Made by a program: the position numbers and the translations under genes
Notes under the pieces: model-generated
The model's database searches: none
Told to the model about the DNA's origin: nothing
The model's input: only the letters and a program-made list of their open reading frames with translations
Assembly: GCA_903843285.1 (NCBI GenBank)
Contig: CAIMPC010000016.1
Coordinates: 1,075-65,074, forward strand
Length of the DNA stretch: 64,000 bases
Source of the DNA: Candidatus Omnitrophota bacterium
GTDB taxonomy: Bacteria > Omnitrophota > Gorgyraeia > 2-01-FULL-45-10
Reading direction: 5' to 3'
Shown here: piece after piece, positions 20,769 to 31,949 of the stretch
Position numbering within the stretch: position 1 is the first letter of the stretch
How the letters are laid out: each line of letters begins with the position of its first letter

Positions 20769-21734
20769 CTAAATCGAATCGATTAATTCTATCATCTTTT
20801 CGTACTCTTTTACAAGAGATATCTGTCCGCGAACAGCCTTTGCATTCGGAAACGACCTCATATACCATATTAAGACCTTGCGCATTATTCCGACCTTACT
20901 AGGTTCGCCGCATTCCATATACTTTTGCATATAGGCCATATGCCGTTTTACGACCCTCTTCACCATAGAAAGATCCCTCGGCACCGATAAACTACCGTCT
21001 TTCAGGAAACTATCGATCGCCTCAAATATCCACGGATTACCTAGTGCGCCTCTGGCTACCAAGATTCCGTCACAGTCTGTTTTATCCAGCATATTTTTGG
21101 CCAGCTCGGGCGACATAACATCGCCGCTTCCAATAACCGGGATCTTAACAGAATCTTTTACCGCCTTTATGGCATCATAGTTAACAACGCCGGAATAGTG
21201 CTGCGGACGCGTCCTGCCGTGGATAAATATCGCAGATGCGCCGCTTAACTCGCACTTCTTTGCAAGGCGCATAATATCCGCTATCGGTTCGTCTTCGTAC
21301 CCTATCCTCATCTTGACGGTTATCGGGATCGGTAAGGATGAAGCCAATATTTTTATCATTTCACATAGCATGTCGCCATTTTTTAGTAGGTATGCGCCGG
21401 CCTTCTTTTTGATCACTTTTTTTACCGGGCAGGCGGCATTGATATCTAGGAACTTCGCATCGGCCATGGGAAGAATTATCTTCGCGGCCTGCAAAATAGT
21501 CTGGGTGTCATTGGCTAGCAGTTGAAATGCGATAGGCCTGTCGGATTCGACCGTTTTAACCATTTTTAGCATCTTCCGGTGATGACGAATTACAGAGTGA
21601 GCATCGATCATCTCAAAGAAGCAAAACTTCGCGCCGTGCTCGCGCGCTATTAATCTGAACGGAAGGTCTGTACAGCCGGACATCGGGGCAAGTAAAACCT
21701 TTGTCCCGAGATCACAGGAACCTATCTTTAGCAT
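20769..21734 (-). CDS. dusB: tRNA-dihydrouridine synthase
   Basis: LAPMSG, DINAACPV, HGRT, ARGALGNPW motifs. Confidence 0.88.
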   Translation of the reverse strand: MLKIGSCDLGTKVLLAPMSGCTDLPFRLIAREHGAKFCFFEMIDAHSVIRHHRKMLKMVKTVESDRPIAFQLLANDTQTILQAAKIILPMADAKFLDINAACPVKKVIKKKAGAYLLKNGDMLCEMIKILASSLPIPITVKMRIGYEDEPIADIMRLAKKCELSGASAIFIHGRTRPQHYSGVVNYDAIKAVKDSVKIPVIGSGDVMSPELAKNMLDKTDCDGILVARGALGNPWIFEAIDSFLKDGSLSVPRDLSMVKRVVKRHMAYMQKYMECGEPSKVGIMRKVLIWYMRSFPNAKAVRGQISLVKEYEKMIELIDSI

Positions 21735-23404
21735 TATTTTTTACCCGGCAGGTATATAATCCGTTCTATCTCGAAATTCGTTTCAAAATTGGCGTCCGAG
21801 GTTAACTCGGCGAATTTGAACTGCCCCTCCTGTCGGCCGCTGGCTATCTTTCTGGCTCGGTAGGCTTCGAAGGAACCGCTCTTCAGGATCTTCAGCGATG
21901 GCGGGGCCAGGAGCTGAGCTTTTCTCACAAAGACATATTCCCTATCTTGCCTGCCGAGCTCTTCCTCTATTGAGGCCAGAAACTTCAAAGCGATTTCATC
22001 TGACGGTGCCGGCTCTGAAAATTCCACCAGAAACGCGTATCGCGGCCCTTCAGCAGGTTTCGTTACTGCGCAGAAGAATTCGAGCCGGAAATTCTCGCTC
22101 TCCAAAACCTTGGCTAATGCATCATTCACATGAGAAGCGTATAATTTTTCGCCTGCGAGCGATGTGGCGCCAAGACCCTTTTGAACGAACTCTATCGTAG
22201 GAGTCTTATTAAAAAAACCAGTAACTTTTATGATATCATCGATGTTATAACGGTATAATCCACCGGCTGTAGTTACGACTATAAAATATTCTTTTCCCAC
22301 CTCGAGCTCTGTGCATATCAGGGCCCTCCTATTTGCGCATAGCGCATCTTCCTTGGGAATAAATTCGTAGAAATTAGTAAGGATGGCAAGAACACCATCC
22401 GACCTGTTATTCTTTATAGGTATGGAAGCTCTGGCTTCCGTGGAAACACATCCGATATCACGCTTTGGAATTGGCCCAAAGTAATCATCGAGCTCCTTCA
22501 GGTATAGCTTCATCATACCGCCCTGCCAGCATTCTATAATCTTCATGTTGGGCCAGAAATATTTTGGCAACAGCTTCCCTCTTGTCTTAAGTATGTTCTT
22601 TAGTTCATTTGCTCTTTTAGGGTTTTGCCTTAGCCTTTTTGTGAGTGTGGCACGGATCTCAGGAGCGATCGCAAATCGTTCGGACAAGCCTCCGGAGGAT
22701 ATATCATCTATTATCATGTCCTGCCATTTCTCTATCTTATGGAGAAGCAGGATTATCATGTTAGGATTGAGTGTAGCGATATCTGTAATATTCTGCTCAA
22801 GGCTTATTCTTAATATAGCGTAATGGCGAGCCTCATAATCTTCAATATCGAACACCTCATAAGGCAGCGCATATAAATTAGCCACGGGTTTCGGCAACGC
22901 CTTATAACTGTAACCGCTCTCGGCTCCGAACGGAATACCAGCTTCTGTCTTTCCCTCAATCTCAGGACTTACTATAGCTAATATTTTACCGTCGAGCACA
23001 TCCGGATGATCTCTGACTATATAGTAGCTCCATAAGCTCATTAGATGGTCTTTAATTCTTTCTGAGTAGTTTGTCGTGGGAATTAATTTGGGCAAATTTG
23101 TTGTTCCGCTGGTGGCCCCGAAAAATACCACTTTATCCTTAGTCAGGACACCCTGATCCCCCCGCGCAATTTTATCGATGTAAGGACGAATCTCTTCATA
23201 GTTACTTATGGGCACCATCGCCCTATAGTCTTCGATAGATCGGATCTTGGAGAAATTAAACTTACTACCAAATTCGGTATTTTTATTGCGGCGGATATAT
23301 CTAAGCAGAACCTTTTTCTGTGTCCTGAGAGGGTTATTGGTGCAGAATTCGAATAGCCTGCGTTCGGGCTCGATGTATTTCAGTAGAAAGTTTATAAAAT
23401 TCAT
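21734..23404 (-). CDS. GH3-family acyl-adenylating enzyme
   Basis: TSGTT..K.IP, FYEFIP, GGLYRY.I.D, GEK motifs. Confidence 0.85.
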   Translation of the reverse strand: MNFINFLLKYIEPERRLFEFCTNNPLRTQKKVLLRYIRRNKNTEFGSKFNFSKIRSIEDYRAMVPISNYEEIRPYIDKIARGDQGVLTKDKVVFFGATSGTTNLPKLIPTTNYSERIKDHLMSLWSYYIVRDHPDVLDGKILAIVSPEIEGKTEAGIPFGAESGYSYKALPKPVANLYALPYEVFDIEDYEARHYAILRISLEQNITDIATLNPNMIILLLHKIEKWQDMIIDDISSGGLSERFAIAPEIRATLTKRLRQNPKRANELKNILKTRGKLLPKYFWPNMKIIECWQGGMMKLYLKELDDYFGPIPKRDIGCVSTEARASIPIKNNRSDGVLAILTNFYEFIPKEDALCANRRALICTELEVGKEYFIVVTTAGGLYRYNIDDIIKVTGFFNKTPTIEFVQKGLGATSLAGEKLYASHVNDALAKVLESENFRLEFFCAVTKPAEGPRYAFLVEFSEPAPSDEIALKFLASIEEELGRQDREYVFVRKAQLLAPPSLKILKSGSFEAYRARKIASGRQEGQFKFAELTSDANFETNFEIERIIYLPGKK

Positions 23405-23432
23405 AGGGACTTAAAGTCCTGTAGCCGCGCGT

Positions 23433-25100
23433 TTACCGGTTATCGTAGGTTGAATAGTAGTATGGTGTGTATGCCTGGAATTCAGCGGCGCAGGTGTCTA
23501 CTAATTTATAGCCAGGCTTAATATTATGAACCTTTCGCAGTTTATATATTGCGCCCGGGGTGGACCCGGTAATCGTCGCTATCTGACGATCGCTAAAACC
23601 GTATTCCTTTGCAGTCCTTAGTAGTGTCGGAGTCATATTATTAGCCTGGCAGATAATTTCCTTTTCGACATCGATTATCTCCTTAATATTATGCAGGAAC
23701 CATCTGTCTATAGCTGTAAGCTCGAAAATCTTTTCTACACCGATGCCGGCTCTTAATGCATCACCTATATAGAATATTCTATCCGAATTCGGTCTTCTAA
23801 GTTTCTCATAAATGATATTTAAGGTATCGTCATCGGCCTTTATGCCACGCATGTTACCTTTGAAGAGCAGGCTTTCGAGTCCGCTCTTTTTTATCTCGAG
23901 AGATCTCAGTCCTTTCTGGAGGGATTCTTTAAAAGTCCTGCCTATGGACATAGCCTCTCCGACCGATTTCATGGAAATTGTAAGCGTCGGGTCGGCTGCC
24001 GGGAATTTTTCGAATGTGAACCGGGGTATCTTAACAACGCAGTAATCAATAGAGGGCTCGAAACATGCAGGTGTCTCTTTAGTGATATCGTTAGGTATTT
24101 CATCGAGTGTGTATCCGACTGCGAGCTTTGCCGCAATCTTGGCTATCGGAAATCCGGTAGCCTTAGAAGCAAGGGCCGAGCTTCTCGAGACGCGCGGGTT
24201 CATCTCGATTACCACCATGCGCCCATTGACCGGATTTACGGCAAATTGTATATTCGATCCGCCCGTTTCTACGCCTATCTCTCTTATGCACGCAATGGCG
24301 GCATTCCTCATTATCTGGTATTCTTTATCGGTCAGCGTCTGCGCCGGAGCTACGGTAATGGAGTCTCCTGTGTGGACACCCATCGGATCGAAGTTCTCGA
24401 TGGAGCAGATTATTACAACGTTATCCCTCAGATCCCTCATCACCTCGAGCTCGAACTCTTTCCATCCAATGACGGATTCCTCGATGAGGATCTCGCTTAT
24501 CATGCTGGAGTCAAGGCCGATCTTAGCAAGATTCCTGAATTCCTCCATATTGTAGGCAACCGCGCCTCCCGTGCCTCCCAAAGTAAAACTGGGTCTGATG
24601 ATTGCCGGAAAACCTATTTTCTCGGCGACTTTTATGGCCTCATTCAGATTGTATGCCCTGCCGCTCTTAGGAAGATCGAGCCCTATCTTCTGCATCGCTT
24701 CCTTAAACAACTGCCTATCCTCCGCCTTCCTAATGGCTTTAATATTGGCGCCTATCATTTTGACTTTATATTTTTTCAATACGCCGGCCTCATCGAGCCC
24801 CACAGCGGTATTTAATGCTGTCTGTCCGCCCAGTGTAGGAAGAAGCGCATCCGGCCTCTCCCTCTCGATTATCTTAGCTATGGCCTCGACCGTTATAGGT
24901 TCAATATAAGTCCTGTCTGCCAGGTCCGGATCGGTCATGATGGTAGCGGGATTAGAATTAACGAGAATTATTTTATAACCCTCCTGGCGTAATACCTTAC
25001 ATGCCTGGGAACCGGAATAGTCAAATTCGCAAGCCTGCCCGATAACTATCGGACCTGAGCCTATTATAAGTATCTTCTTTATGTCGGTACGTTTTGGCAT
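23433..25100 (-). CDS. carB: carbamoyl-phosphate synthase large subunit, N-terminal half
   Basis: [24 protein letters not shown]; ends at [10 protein letters not shown]. Confidence 0.93.
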   Translation of the reverse strand: MPKRTDIKKILIIGSGPIVIGQACEFDYSGSQACKVLRQEGYKIILVNSNPATIMTDPDLADRTYIEPITVEAIAKIIERERPDALLPTLGGQTALNTAVGLDEAGVLKKYKVKMIGANIKAIRKAEDRQLFKEAMQKIGLDLPKSGRAYNLNEAIKVAEKIGFPAIIRPSFTLGGTGGAVAYNMEEFRNLAKIGLDSSMISEILIEESVIGWKEFELEVMRDLRDNVVIICSIENFDPMGVHTGDSITVAPAQTLTDKEYQIMRNAAIACIREIGVETGGSNIQFAVNPVNGRMVVIEMNPRVSRSSALASKATGFPIAKIAAKLAVGYTLDEIPNDITKETPACFEPSIDYCVVKIPRFTFEKFPAADPTLTISMKSVGEAMSIGRTFKESLQKGLRSLEIKKSGLESLLFKGNMRGIKADDDTLNIIYEKLRRPNSDRIFYIGDALRAGIGVEKIFELTAIDRWFLHNIKEIIDVEKEIICQANNMTPTLLRTAKEYGFSDRQIATITGSTPGAIYKLRKVHNIKPGYKLVDTCAAEFQAYTPYYYSTYDNR

Positions 25101-25101
25101 A

Positions 25102-26178
25102 TTAATTATTCTTAATTAGCTCGATGAATCTTTTAAATAGGTATTCCGCATCCTTCGGCCCCGGACAAGCTTCCGGATGGAACTGCACCGAAAATATCGG
25201 TAATTTTTTATGCTTCATGCCTTCCAGCGTATTGTCGTTAAGATTTATATGCGTTATCTCGATCTCTTTTTTATTTAATGTATCAATATCGACACAAAAT
25301 CCGTGATTCTGAACACTGATAAAAACCTTGCCTGTTTTTAGGTCCTTAACCGGTTGGTTTCCGCCATGGTGGCCAAACTTTAATTTATAGGTCTTTCCGC
25401 CGAATGCTTGCCCTAACACCTGGTGTCCGAGGCATATACCGAAGATAGGTAGTTTACCGATCAGATCACGGACGGTATTTACAACGTAGCCCAATACAGC
25501 AGGGTCGCCGGGTCCATTGGAAAGCATTAAGCCGTGAGGTTTCAGGTCTAATATTTCTTTTGCGCTTGCAGTGGCAGGCATGACCATAATTTTACAGTCA
25601 TGTTTGGCGAGCTCACGCATGATATTGAATTTCGCTCCGCAGTCAAGCACTACAACCTTAAATCGTCCCTTATTATTCCATTCGTAAGATTTTGATGGTA
25701 TGACTTCTTTTACGAGGTCAATGCCGACGAGTCCCTGCGATCTCTTGGCCTTATTTATAAGGCTCGCCTCGCTTAGGTCTTCCGTAGAAAGCACCGCTTT
25801 CATGGCGCCGGCTTGTCTGATGTGGAGGGTAAGCTCCCGGGTATCGACACCTTCTATTCCTACGATTTTATTTTCTCTCAGATATTGGTCCAGCGTTTTT
25901 TTAGAACGCCAGTTAGAAGAGATTTTCGAAGACTCTTTTACTATTAAGCCCTCAAGGAAAGGCTTGCATGACTCCACATCTTCGTCATTAACGCCGTAGT
26001 TGCCTATGAGCGGATATGTCATGGTAACCATCTGACCTTTATAGGAAGGATCGGTAATTATTTCCTGATAACCGGTCATGCTGGTATTAAAGACGACTTC
26101 GCCGTAGCTTTCGCCTCTGGAGCCGAAAGACAGGCCCTTAAATATACGTCCGTCTTCTAGTGCTAATATAGCTTCCAT
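25102..26178 (-). CDS. carA: carbamoyl-phosphate synthase small subunit
   Basis: [27 protein letters not shown] motifs. Confidence 0.96.
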   Translation of the reverse strand: MEAILALEDGRIFKGLSFGSRGESYGEVVFNTSMTGYQEIITDPSYKGQMVTMTYPLIGNYGVNDEDVESCKPFLEGLIVKESSKISSNWRSKKTLDQYLRENKIVGIEGVDTRELTLHIRQAGAMKAVLSTEDLSEASLINKAKRSQGLVGIDLVKEVIPSKSYEWNNKGRFKVVVLDCGAKFNIMRELAKHDCKIMVMPATASAKEILDLKPHGLMLSNGPGDPAVLGYVVNTVRDLIGKLPIFGICLGHQVLGQAFGGKTYKLKFGHHGGNQPVKDLKTGKVFISVQNHGFCVDIDTLNKKEIEITHINLNDNTLEGMKHKKLPIFSVQFHPEACPGPKDAEYLFKRFIELIKNN

Positions 26179-26204
26179 TCAAAGCCCCGTTAATTGTTCG
26201 GAAA

Positions 26205-26233
26205 ATTATATATTACCCGCTTACAAAAGTCAA
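26205..26233 (-). promoter_or_regulatory. sigma70 promoter of carA operon
   Basis: TTGACT-N17-TATAAT. Confidence 0.75.
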
Positions 26234-26252
26234 AATACAAATATTGAAAACT

Positions 26253-27851
26253 CTATTTTTTAAGTGCGGCTTTGATAAAGTCGCGGAAGAGCGGATGCGG
26301 CTTATCCGGCTTCGACTTAAATTCCGGATGGTACTGAACCGCTATGAAGTAAGGATGGTCTTTTACTTCTACCATTTCTACGAGATTCTTATTAGGGTAT
26401 ATTCCGGAGAATATCAGGCCATTTTTAGACATCAGCGCGCGGTATTTATTATTAAATTCATACCTGTGGCGATGGCGTTCCATCACTATCTCTTTTCCGT
26501 AAGCTTTATATGCCGTAGAACCCTTTTTTATCTCGCATGGATAGATACCGAGGCGCATGGTGCCGCCCATATCCTTTATTCCCCTCTGTTCATCCAATAA
26601 GCTTATGACAGGGTTCTTTGTGTCAGGGGAAAATTCGGTGGAATTGGCATCCTTAAGCGCGCATCTGTTTCTGGCGAACTCTATTACAGCGCATTGCATT
26701 CCAAGGCAAAGCCCAAAGAATGGAATCTTATGCTCTCTGGCGTATTTGATCGCTTTTATCTTACCCTCTATGCCGCGGTAACCGAAGCCCCCGGGAACCA
26801 GAATGCCGGATAAACCGCCCAACAATTTATCGGCGCCGTGCTTTTCCACGTCCTCGGAATCAACCCTTTTTATTATCACTTTTGTATCATTGAATATTCC
26901 GGCATGTGTGAGTGATTCATAGATCGATTTATATGCATCCTGCAGGCCTATATACTTTCCTACTACTGCGATCGTAACTTCATGCTTAGGATTCAATATC
27001 TTCTGCACAACATCCGTTTTCCAGCTCTTAAGATCCGTTGCTTTATATTTTATGCCGAAGTGTTTCAGCAGTATTTTATCAAGCCCCTGAGCGTTATATA
27101 TCAAAGGAACTTCATATATGGTCTCTGCATCCGGCGCTTCTATAACGGCCTCTCTACGGACGTTACAGAATAAAGAGATCTTATCTTTAATATCATCAGA
27201 AAGCTCTTTTTCGGTGCGGCACAATAATACGTCGGGCTGTATTCCTATCTCGCGTAATTTTCCGACCGAATGCTGCGTCGGCTTAGTCTTTATCTCTCCC
27301 GCTGAACGCACGTACGGGATCAGCGTAAGGTGTATATAAAGAGTATTATTATATCCGACGTCTAAACGAAATTGCCTTGCCGCCTCCAAAAATGGCAGGC
27401 TTTCAATGTCGCCCACAGTGCCGCCTATTTCTACAATAAGCACGTCTGCGTCCGAAGTCTGAGCAGCCTTCTTTATCCTGTCCTTAATCTCATCCGTAAT
27501 ATGCGGAATTACCTGGATCGTCTGCCCCAGATAATCGCCCCGCCTCTCCCTTAACAATACAGCGTTGTAGACCTGGCCGGTAGTGGCGTTATTGAACTTA
27601 GTCATGCGGGCATTGGTAAATCGCTCATAGTGACCCAGGTCAAGATCGGTCTCAGCGCCATCTTCCGTGACGTAGACCTCGCCATGCTGATAAGGGTTCA
27701 TTGTGCCCGGATCCATATTAATGTAAGGATCGAGCTTCATTAAGGAGACTTTAATCTTGTGCGACTCCAATATCTTTGCTATAGATGCTGATGCTATTCC
27801 CTTGCCCAGGCTTGAAATAACACCACCGGTGGTAAATATGTATTTTGTCAT
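26253..27851 (-). CDS. pyrG: CTP synthase
   Basis: [34 protein letters not shown] motifs. Confidence 0.97.
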   Translation of the reverse strand: MTKYIFTTGGVISSLGKGIASASIAKILESHKIKVSLMKLDPYINMDPGTMNPYQHGEVYVTEDGAETDLDLGHYERFTNARMTKFNNATTGQVYNAVLLRERRGDYLGQTIQVIPHITDEIKDRIKKAAQTSDADVLIVEIGGTVGDIESLPFLEAARQFRLDVGYNNTLYIHLTLIPYVRSAGEIKTKPTQHSVGKLREIGIQPDVLLCRTEKELSDDIKDKISLFCNVRREAVIEAPDAETIYEVPLIYNAQGLDKILLKHFGIKYKATDLKSWKTDVVQKILNPKHEVTIAVVGKYIGLQDAYKSIYESLTHAGIFNDTKVIIKRVDSEDVEKHGADKLLGGLSGILVPGGFGYRGIEGKIKAIKYAREHKIPFFGLCLGMQCAVIEFARNRCALKDANSTEFSPDTKNPVISLLDEQRGIKDMGGTMRLGIYPCEIKKGSTAYKAYGKEIVMERHRHRYEFNNKYRALMSKNGLIFSGIYPNKNLVEMVEVKDHPYFIAVQYHPEFKSKPDKPHPLFRDFIKAALKK

Positions 27852-27884
27852 CTTCTCCCCTTATGCGCTTAATAGACCAAAGTT

Positions 27885-27965
27885 AAAATGAAAAAGGCGC
27901 CCTGAGCACCGATAGTATGGCCTCAAAACGCCTTTGTTTTTTATAATGTAATCCTCTCTGAAACA
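27885..27965 (-). promoter_or_regulatory. pyrG leader attenuator (terminator with overlapping ANTAR-like hexaloop hairpins)
   Basis: 14-bp stem with three U-G pairs valid only on the minus strand, then a U-tract; AAAAC-AAAGGC-GTTTT hairpin overlaps its 5' arm. Confidence 0.6.
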
Positions 27966-27972
27966 CTCGTCG

Positions 27973-28000
27973 ATTATACCACGCGCCGGATGTGTGTCAA
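27973..28000 (-). promoter_or_regulatory. sigma70 promoter of pyrG
   Basis: TTGACA-N16-TATAAT with extended -10 TG. Confidence 0.8.
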
Positions 28001-28058
28001 GGTTTTATAGAGCTCTCTTCATAGATTCACTTTACAGAAGAGCTTTGGGCAATTTCAT

Positions 28059-29651
28059 TTATTTCCCATCCAGAACAGCCTCAGCCTCTTTCCTGTATGC
28101 ATCCATAACATATGCTATGCCGGAAATTCTGGCCGCTTCTTCCGTCAGCGCCATGATATCTCTTCTCGAAATCGTATCGAGTGTAAAGTTCCTGGAACCT
28201 GCCATCAACTGTTGAAGCCCGACCTTTATTCGCTGTGTGAAAGTGTATATTCCGACAGCTCCGAGCGGTATATCTTTTATGCCATTGCCATATTTCTCTT
28301 TTAATTCATCGTAGCATACAAAGATCTCTTCGGGTTTCATTCCGAACTCTGCTATATTAGGCGGGAGCTTACCCTCCTTGATCCATGCACCGATATTTTT
28401 ACCTACAAATCCGGGGATCATCAGGGCCCTGCCCATACATACGGCCTTCACGTATGGCGCGCCCATCGAGATAACTTTAAATACGTGATCCTCCAGCGCG
28501 AACCCGCCGGCGATAGCTATGTCAGGTACCCGCATCTTCTTCCTTGCGAGTTTCTCACAGAACTCATATGCAAGAGACTGTAGAAAAAACGTCGGAATCC
28601 CCCACTCCTGCATCATCCTCCACGGACTCATACCTGTCCCGCCCGGGGCACCGTCGATCGTCAGTAAGTCGATCTTCGCCTCCGACGAGAACCTGATGGC
28701 CTGCGCCAGCTCCACCATAGAATAAGCACCGGTCTTTAACGTGATGCGCTTAAATCCGATTTTTCTGAGACGCTTAATTTCATCCATGAAACCATCGTAT
28801 GAGACAAATCCGAGCCTGGAATGTCTCTCGAATTCTTTTATTGCGCCACTTTTAAATGCCGCCTGACTTGTTTGGGTGCAAGGATCAGGCGTTACTATAT
28901 AACCGCGCTTTTTAAGCTCCTTCGCTCTGTCGAGAGAGTTGACCTTTATCTCTCCGCCTATACATTTGGCTCCCTGTCCCCATTTCAATTCTATAGTATC
29001 GAGTTTATGTTTTTTTATCACATATTCTGCCACCCCAAGCCTTGTATCCTCCACGTTCATCTGGACAAGGATCTCGCCATAACCTTCATGAAAGCGCTTA
29101 TACATATCTATGCGCCTATCCATGTCGGGGGCACTCGTAACCTTGCCTTTTGAATCGAGTTCAAGCTTGGGATCTATGCCGCACACGTTCTCACCACATA
29201 CAAGCGTTACACCTGAGATGGCGGCGCCTACGGCGAAGTGCTCCCAATTCTTTCTGGCTATTTCTGTAGAGCCAAGTGCTCCTGTGAATATAGGAATACG
29301 CATCTTTACCTTTTTATCCCAGCCATAAGAAGTCTCTGTATTTACGGACGGGAATGTGGCTGTGTCCGGGCCTGCCTCCACACCTCCGGGTAATCCTTTT
29401 GCGCCTTCGGCATATCCCTGAATATTAAGATGAGAGTAATCTACCGGATAATCTTTATCGGCTCCCGCGGTAATCTCGCCGAACGGGCCGGGATAAATTA
29501 CTTCCCTACCCCTAAATGAAGACTTAAAAACTTCGCAATTTCCACGGCATGATTCCAGACAACGTGAACACAGCCCTGAACTTGGCACGACATTCTTGGA
29601 GCGGTTAAATGTGCGACTCGCATCATTTCCTCCGGGGCAACGTAGATTCAT
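28059..29651 (-). CDS. stand-alone FMN-binding glutamate synthase domain protein (archaeal type)
   Basis: IELKWGQGAK, DGAPGGTG motifs; N-terminal Cys cluster; no amidotransferase domain. Confidence 0.85.
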   Translation of the reverse strand: MNLRCPGGNDASRTFNRSKNVVPSSGLCSRCLESCRGNCEVFKSSFRGREVIYPGPFGEITAGADKDYPVDYSHLNIQGYAEGAKGLPGGVEAGPDTATFPSVNTETSYGWDKKVKMRIPIFTGALGSTEIARKNWEHFAVGAAISGVTLVCGENVCGIDPKLELDSKGKVTSAPDMDRRIDMYKRFHEGYGEILVQMNVEDTRLGVAEYVIKKHKLDTIELKWGQGAKCIGGEIKVNSLDRAKELKKRGYIVTPDPCTQTSQAAFKSGAIKEFERHSRLGFVSYDGFMDEIKRLRKIGFKRITLKTGAYSMVELAQAIRFSSEAKIDLLTIDGAPGGTGMSPWRMMQEWGIPTFFLQSLAYEFCEKLARKKMRVPDIAIAGGFALEDHVFKVISMGAPYVKAVCMGRALMIPGFVGKNIGAWIKEGKLPPNIAEFGMKPEEIFVCYDELKEKYGNGIKDIPLGAVGIYTFTQRIKVGLQQLMAGSRNFTLDTISRRDIMALTEEAARISGIAYVMDAYRKEAEAVLDGK

Positions 29652-29685
29652 AACGCCTCCTGTTTATTTAGTCCAAACATTCTCT

Positions 29686-31113
29686 CTATAACTGCTTCAA
29701 ATAATTAATTATGGCCTCTGAAGCTTTTTTAGCCATTCCCATCGCTTCTATTACCGTACCCTCTCCCCCGACGATGTCACCGCCGGCATAAACTTTTTTT
29801 ATAGAAGTCTCCATAGTTTTGGTATTCACAATTACATCGGAGCGCTCATCCGTCTTAAGACCGGGAGTGGCGCGTGTTAATACCTGATTGGCCGCCAATC
29901 CGACCGCGATGATGCTCATATCGCACTCGAGCTCAAAATCACTGCCCGATATGGCGATCGGCTTCCTTCGCCCTGAGTCGTCAGGCTCGCCGAGCTTGCA
30001 TTTAAGGCAGCGCATTTTTTTCACGAAACCCTTGTCGTCACCCGCGAACTCCTCGGGTTGAACAAGGAACCTGAAATTTATGCCCTCCTCCTTAGCGTGT
30101 TCGATCTCGATCCTTCTGGCCGGCATTTCGACTTCCGTGCGCCTGTATAAAATAGTGGCATTTGGCTTAAGGCCCTGCATCCTCTGCAGTCTCAACGATG
30201 CGCGAGCGGCGTCGGTGGCAGTATTACCGCCGCCTATTACGATGACCGATTTCCCGATATTTACCGGGGTATGAAATTCCGGAAATTTGTAAGCCGACAT
30301 CAGGTTTATCCTGGTAAGGAATTCATTGGCAGAGTAAATATTACAGAAGTTCTCACCTTTAATCCCCAGAAACATAGGCATGCCTGCGCCGAGCCCTAAG
30401 AATATGGCGTCAAATCCTTCGGAGAACAGATCGTCGATCGTCTTTATCTTTCCAATTATGTGATTAGGGGCCAGCTTCACGCCCATTTTCTTCAACGAAT
30501 CTATTTCAAAATCTAATATATCACGCGGAAGCCTGAATGGCGGTATTCCATACCTCAATACTCCTCCCGATAGATGCAGAGCCTCATATATGGTCACGTT
30601 AATGCCGCGCCTCGCCAGATCGCCCGCACAGGCTATTCCCGCGGGACCCGAACCGATTATTGCCACCCTGCGCCGGGTGAGTTCATCATCCTTTTTGACC
30701 TGGACCCCAATATTGCGCTCCTTACCGTAGTCGCCTGCGAACCTCTCTAAAAGATGTATATTTATCGCCTTTTCGGATGCGTAAGGAGATCCCTTTTTGG
30801 TAAAGACACACGCCTTCTCGCACTGGTATTCCGCAGGGCATACCCTGCCGCATATGGATGGAAAATCATTCTTACTACGTATGGTAAGGTAGGCGCCCTC
30901 GTAGTCTTTTTGCGTAATCTGGTTAATAAATGTTTTAATATCAATGTTTACGGGACAGCCGGATATACACGTTGGGTCTTTACACTGCAGGCACCTGAGC
31001 GCCTCCTGCAGGGCTTCTGCCTCGGAATAACCATGGATAACTTCATCGAATGAGCAAGATCTCTTCGACGCTTCTTCTTCGCGGGGCTTAATGGATTCTT
31101 TCTTTATGTCCAT
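29686..31113 (-). CDS. nfnB: NfnB/SudA-type (GltD-like) NADPH oxidoreductase large subunit
   Basis: RCLQC..C..GCPV, CGRVCP..QCE, two Rossmann motifs; paired with NfnA. Confidence 0.8.
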   Translation of the reverse strand: MDIKKESIKPREEEASKRSCSFDEVIHGYSEAEALQEALRCLQCKDPTCISGCPVNIDIKTFINQITQKDYEGAYLTIRSKNDFPSICGRVCPAEYQCEKACVFTKKGSPYASEKAINIHLLERFAGDYGKERNIGVQVKKDDELTRRRVAIIGSGPAGIACAGDLARRGINVTIYEALHLSGGVLRYGIPPFRLPRDILDFEIDSLKKMGVKLAPNHIIGKIKTIDDLFSEGFDAIFLGLGAGMPMFLGIKGENFCNIYSANEFLTRINLMSAYKFPEFHTPVNIGKSVIVIGGGNTATDAARASLRLQRMQGLKPNATILYRRTEVEMPARRIEIEHAKEEGINFRFLVQPEEFAGDDKGFVKKMRCLKCKLGEPDDSGRRKPIAISGSDFELECDMSIIAVGLAANQVLTRATPGLKTDERSDVIVNTKTMETSIKKVYAGGDIVGGEGTVIEAMGMAKKASEAIINYLKQL

Positions 31114-31940
31114 AAAATTTTATTCAGCTCGCATATATGCTTCTCTTTGTCTTCGTATATGCGGTTACGCTTGATCAGCTCATCCCAATCTATCTGATGA
31201 GCATCGAATTCCGGTCCATCGACACAGCTAAACATCGTTTTCCCTGCTATGCTCACTCTGCAGCAACCGCACATCCCTGTGGCGTCGAGCATAATGGTAT
31301 TTAGTGATACGATTGTTTTGATTTGATATTTTGCTGTTACGGATGAGGATGATCTCATCATAGGTATCGGCCCCACAGAATAGACGAGATCGTATTTTTG
31401 TTTTTTTAGCAGATCATCGAGAACGTCTGTGGTGAAACCTTTCAGCCCGGCTGAGCCATCATCGGTTGTGGTGTAAAAATCATCCGATATCGCTCTAAGT
31501 TCATCGCTAAGGATGAGAAACTTGGTCGTTCGGCCGCCCAATATCGTGGTTATATGGTTTCCAGCCTCTCTAAGCGCTTTAGCTACCGGATATATCTCAG
31601 CAATACCTACGCCGCCGCCTACCAGGATAACTTTTCCGTAATTTTTAATTTCGGTAGCATGGCCGAGCGGGCCTACGATTGCATAAAGAGAATCACCTGC
31701 GCTCATCTTGCCGAGCAATTTGGAGGTGAATCCCAGTTCCTGAAATATTAATGTAATGGAGCCATTTTTTTTGTCGGCATCGACTATGGTTAGCGGCACT
31801 CTCTCCCCCTTAGCGCTTATCATAATTACTACGAACTGCCCGGCCTGAGCTTTTTTGGCAATATCAGGCGAATAGACATCGATCTTCGAGATCTTAGTTC
31901 CTGCAACATCGGCAAGTGTATATCTGCTCAGTATCTTCAT
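31104..31940 (-). CDS. nfnA: NfnA/SudB-type FAD/NAD-binding small subunit
   Basis: GERVPLTI, GPLG, DATGMCGCCRV..CVDGPEF motifs. Confidence 0.85.
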   Translation of the reverse strand: MKILSRYTLADVAGTKISKIDVYSPDIAKKAQAGQFVVIMISAKGERVPLTIVDADKKNGSITLIFQELGFTSKLLGKMSAGDSLYAIVGPLGHATEIKNYGKVILVGGGVGIAEIYPVAKALREAGNHITTILGGRTTKFLILSDELRAISDDFYTTTDDGSAGLKGFTTDVLDDLLKKQKYDLVYSVGPIPMMRSSSSVTAKYQIKTIVSLNTIMLDATGMCGCCRVSIAGKTMFSCVDGPEFDAHQIDWDELIKRNRIYEDKEKHICELNKILWT

Positions 31941-31949
31941 TTTAAACGA

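Noticed and set aside
20275-20868. Prophage lysis gene
   Set aside because: YvlD-type holin-like proteins are common chromosomal genes and there is no phage context. The N-terminal extension to 20868 is likely spurious.
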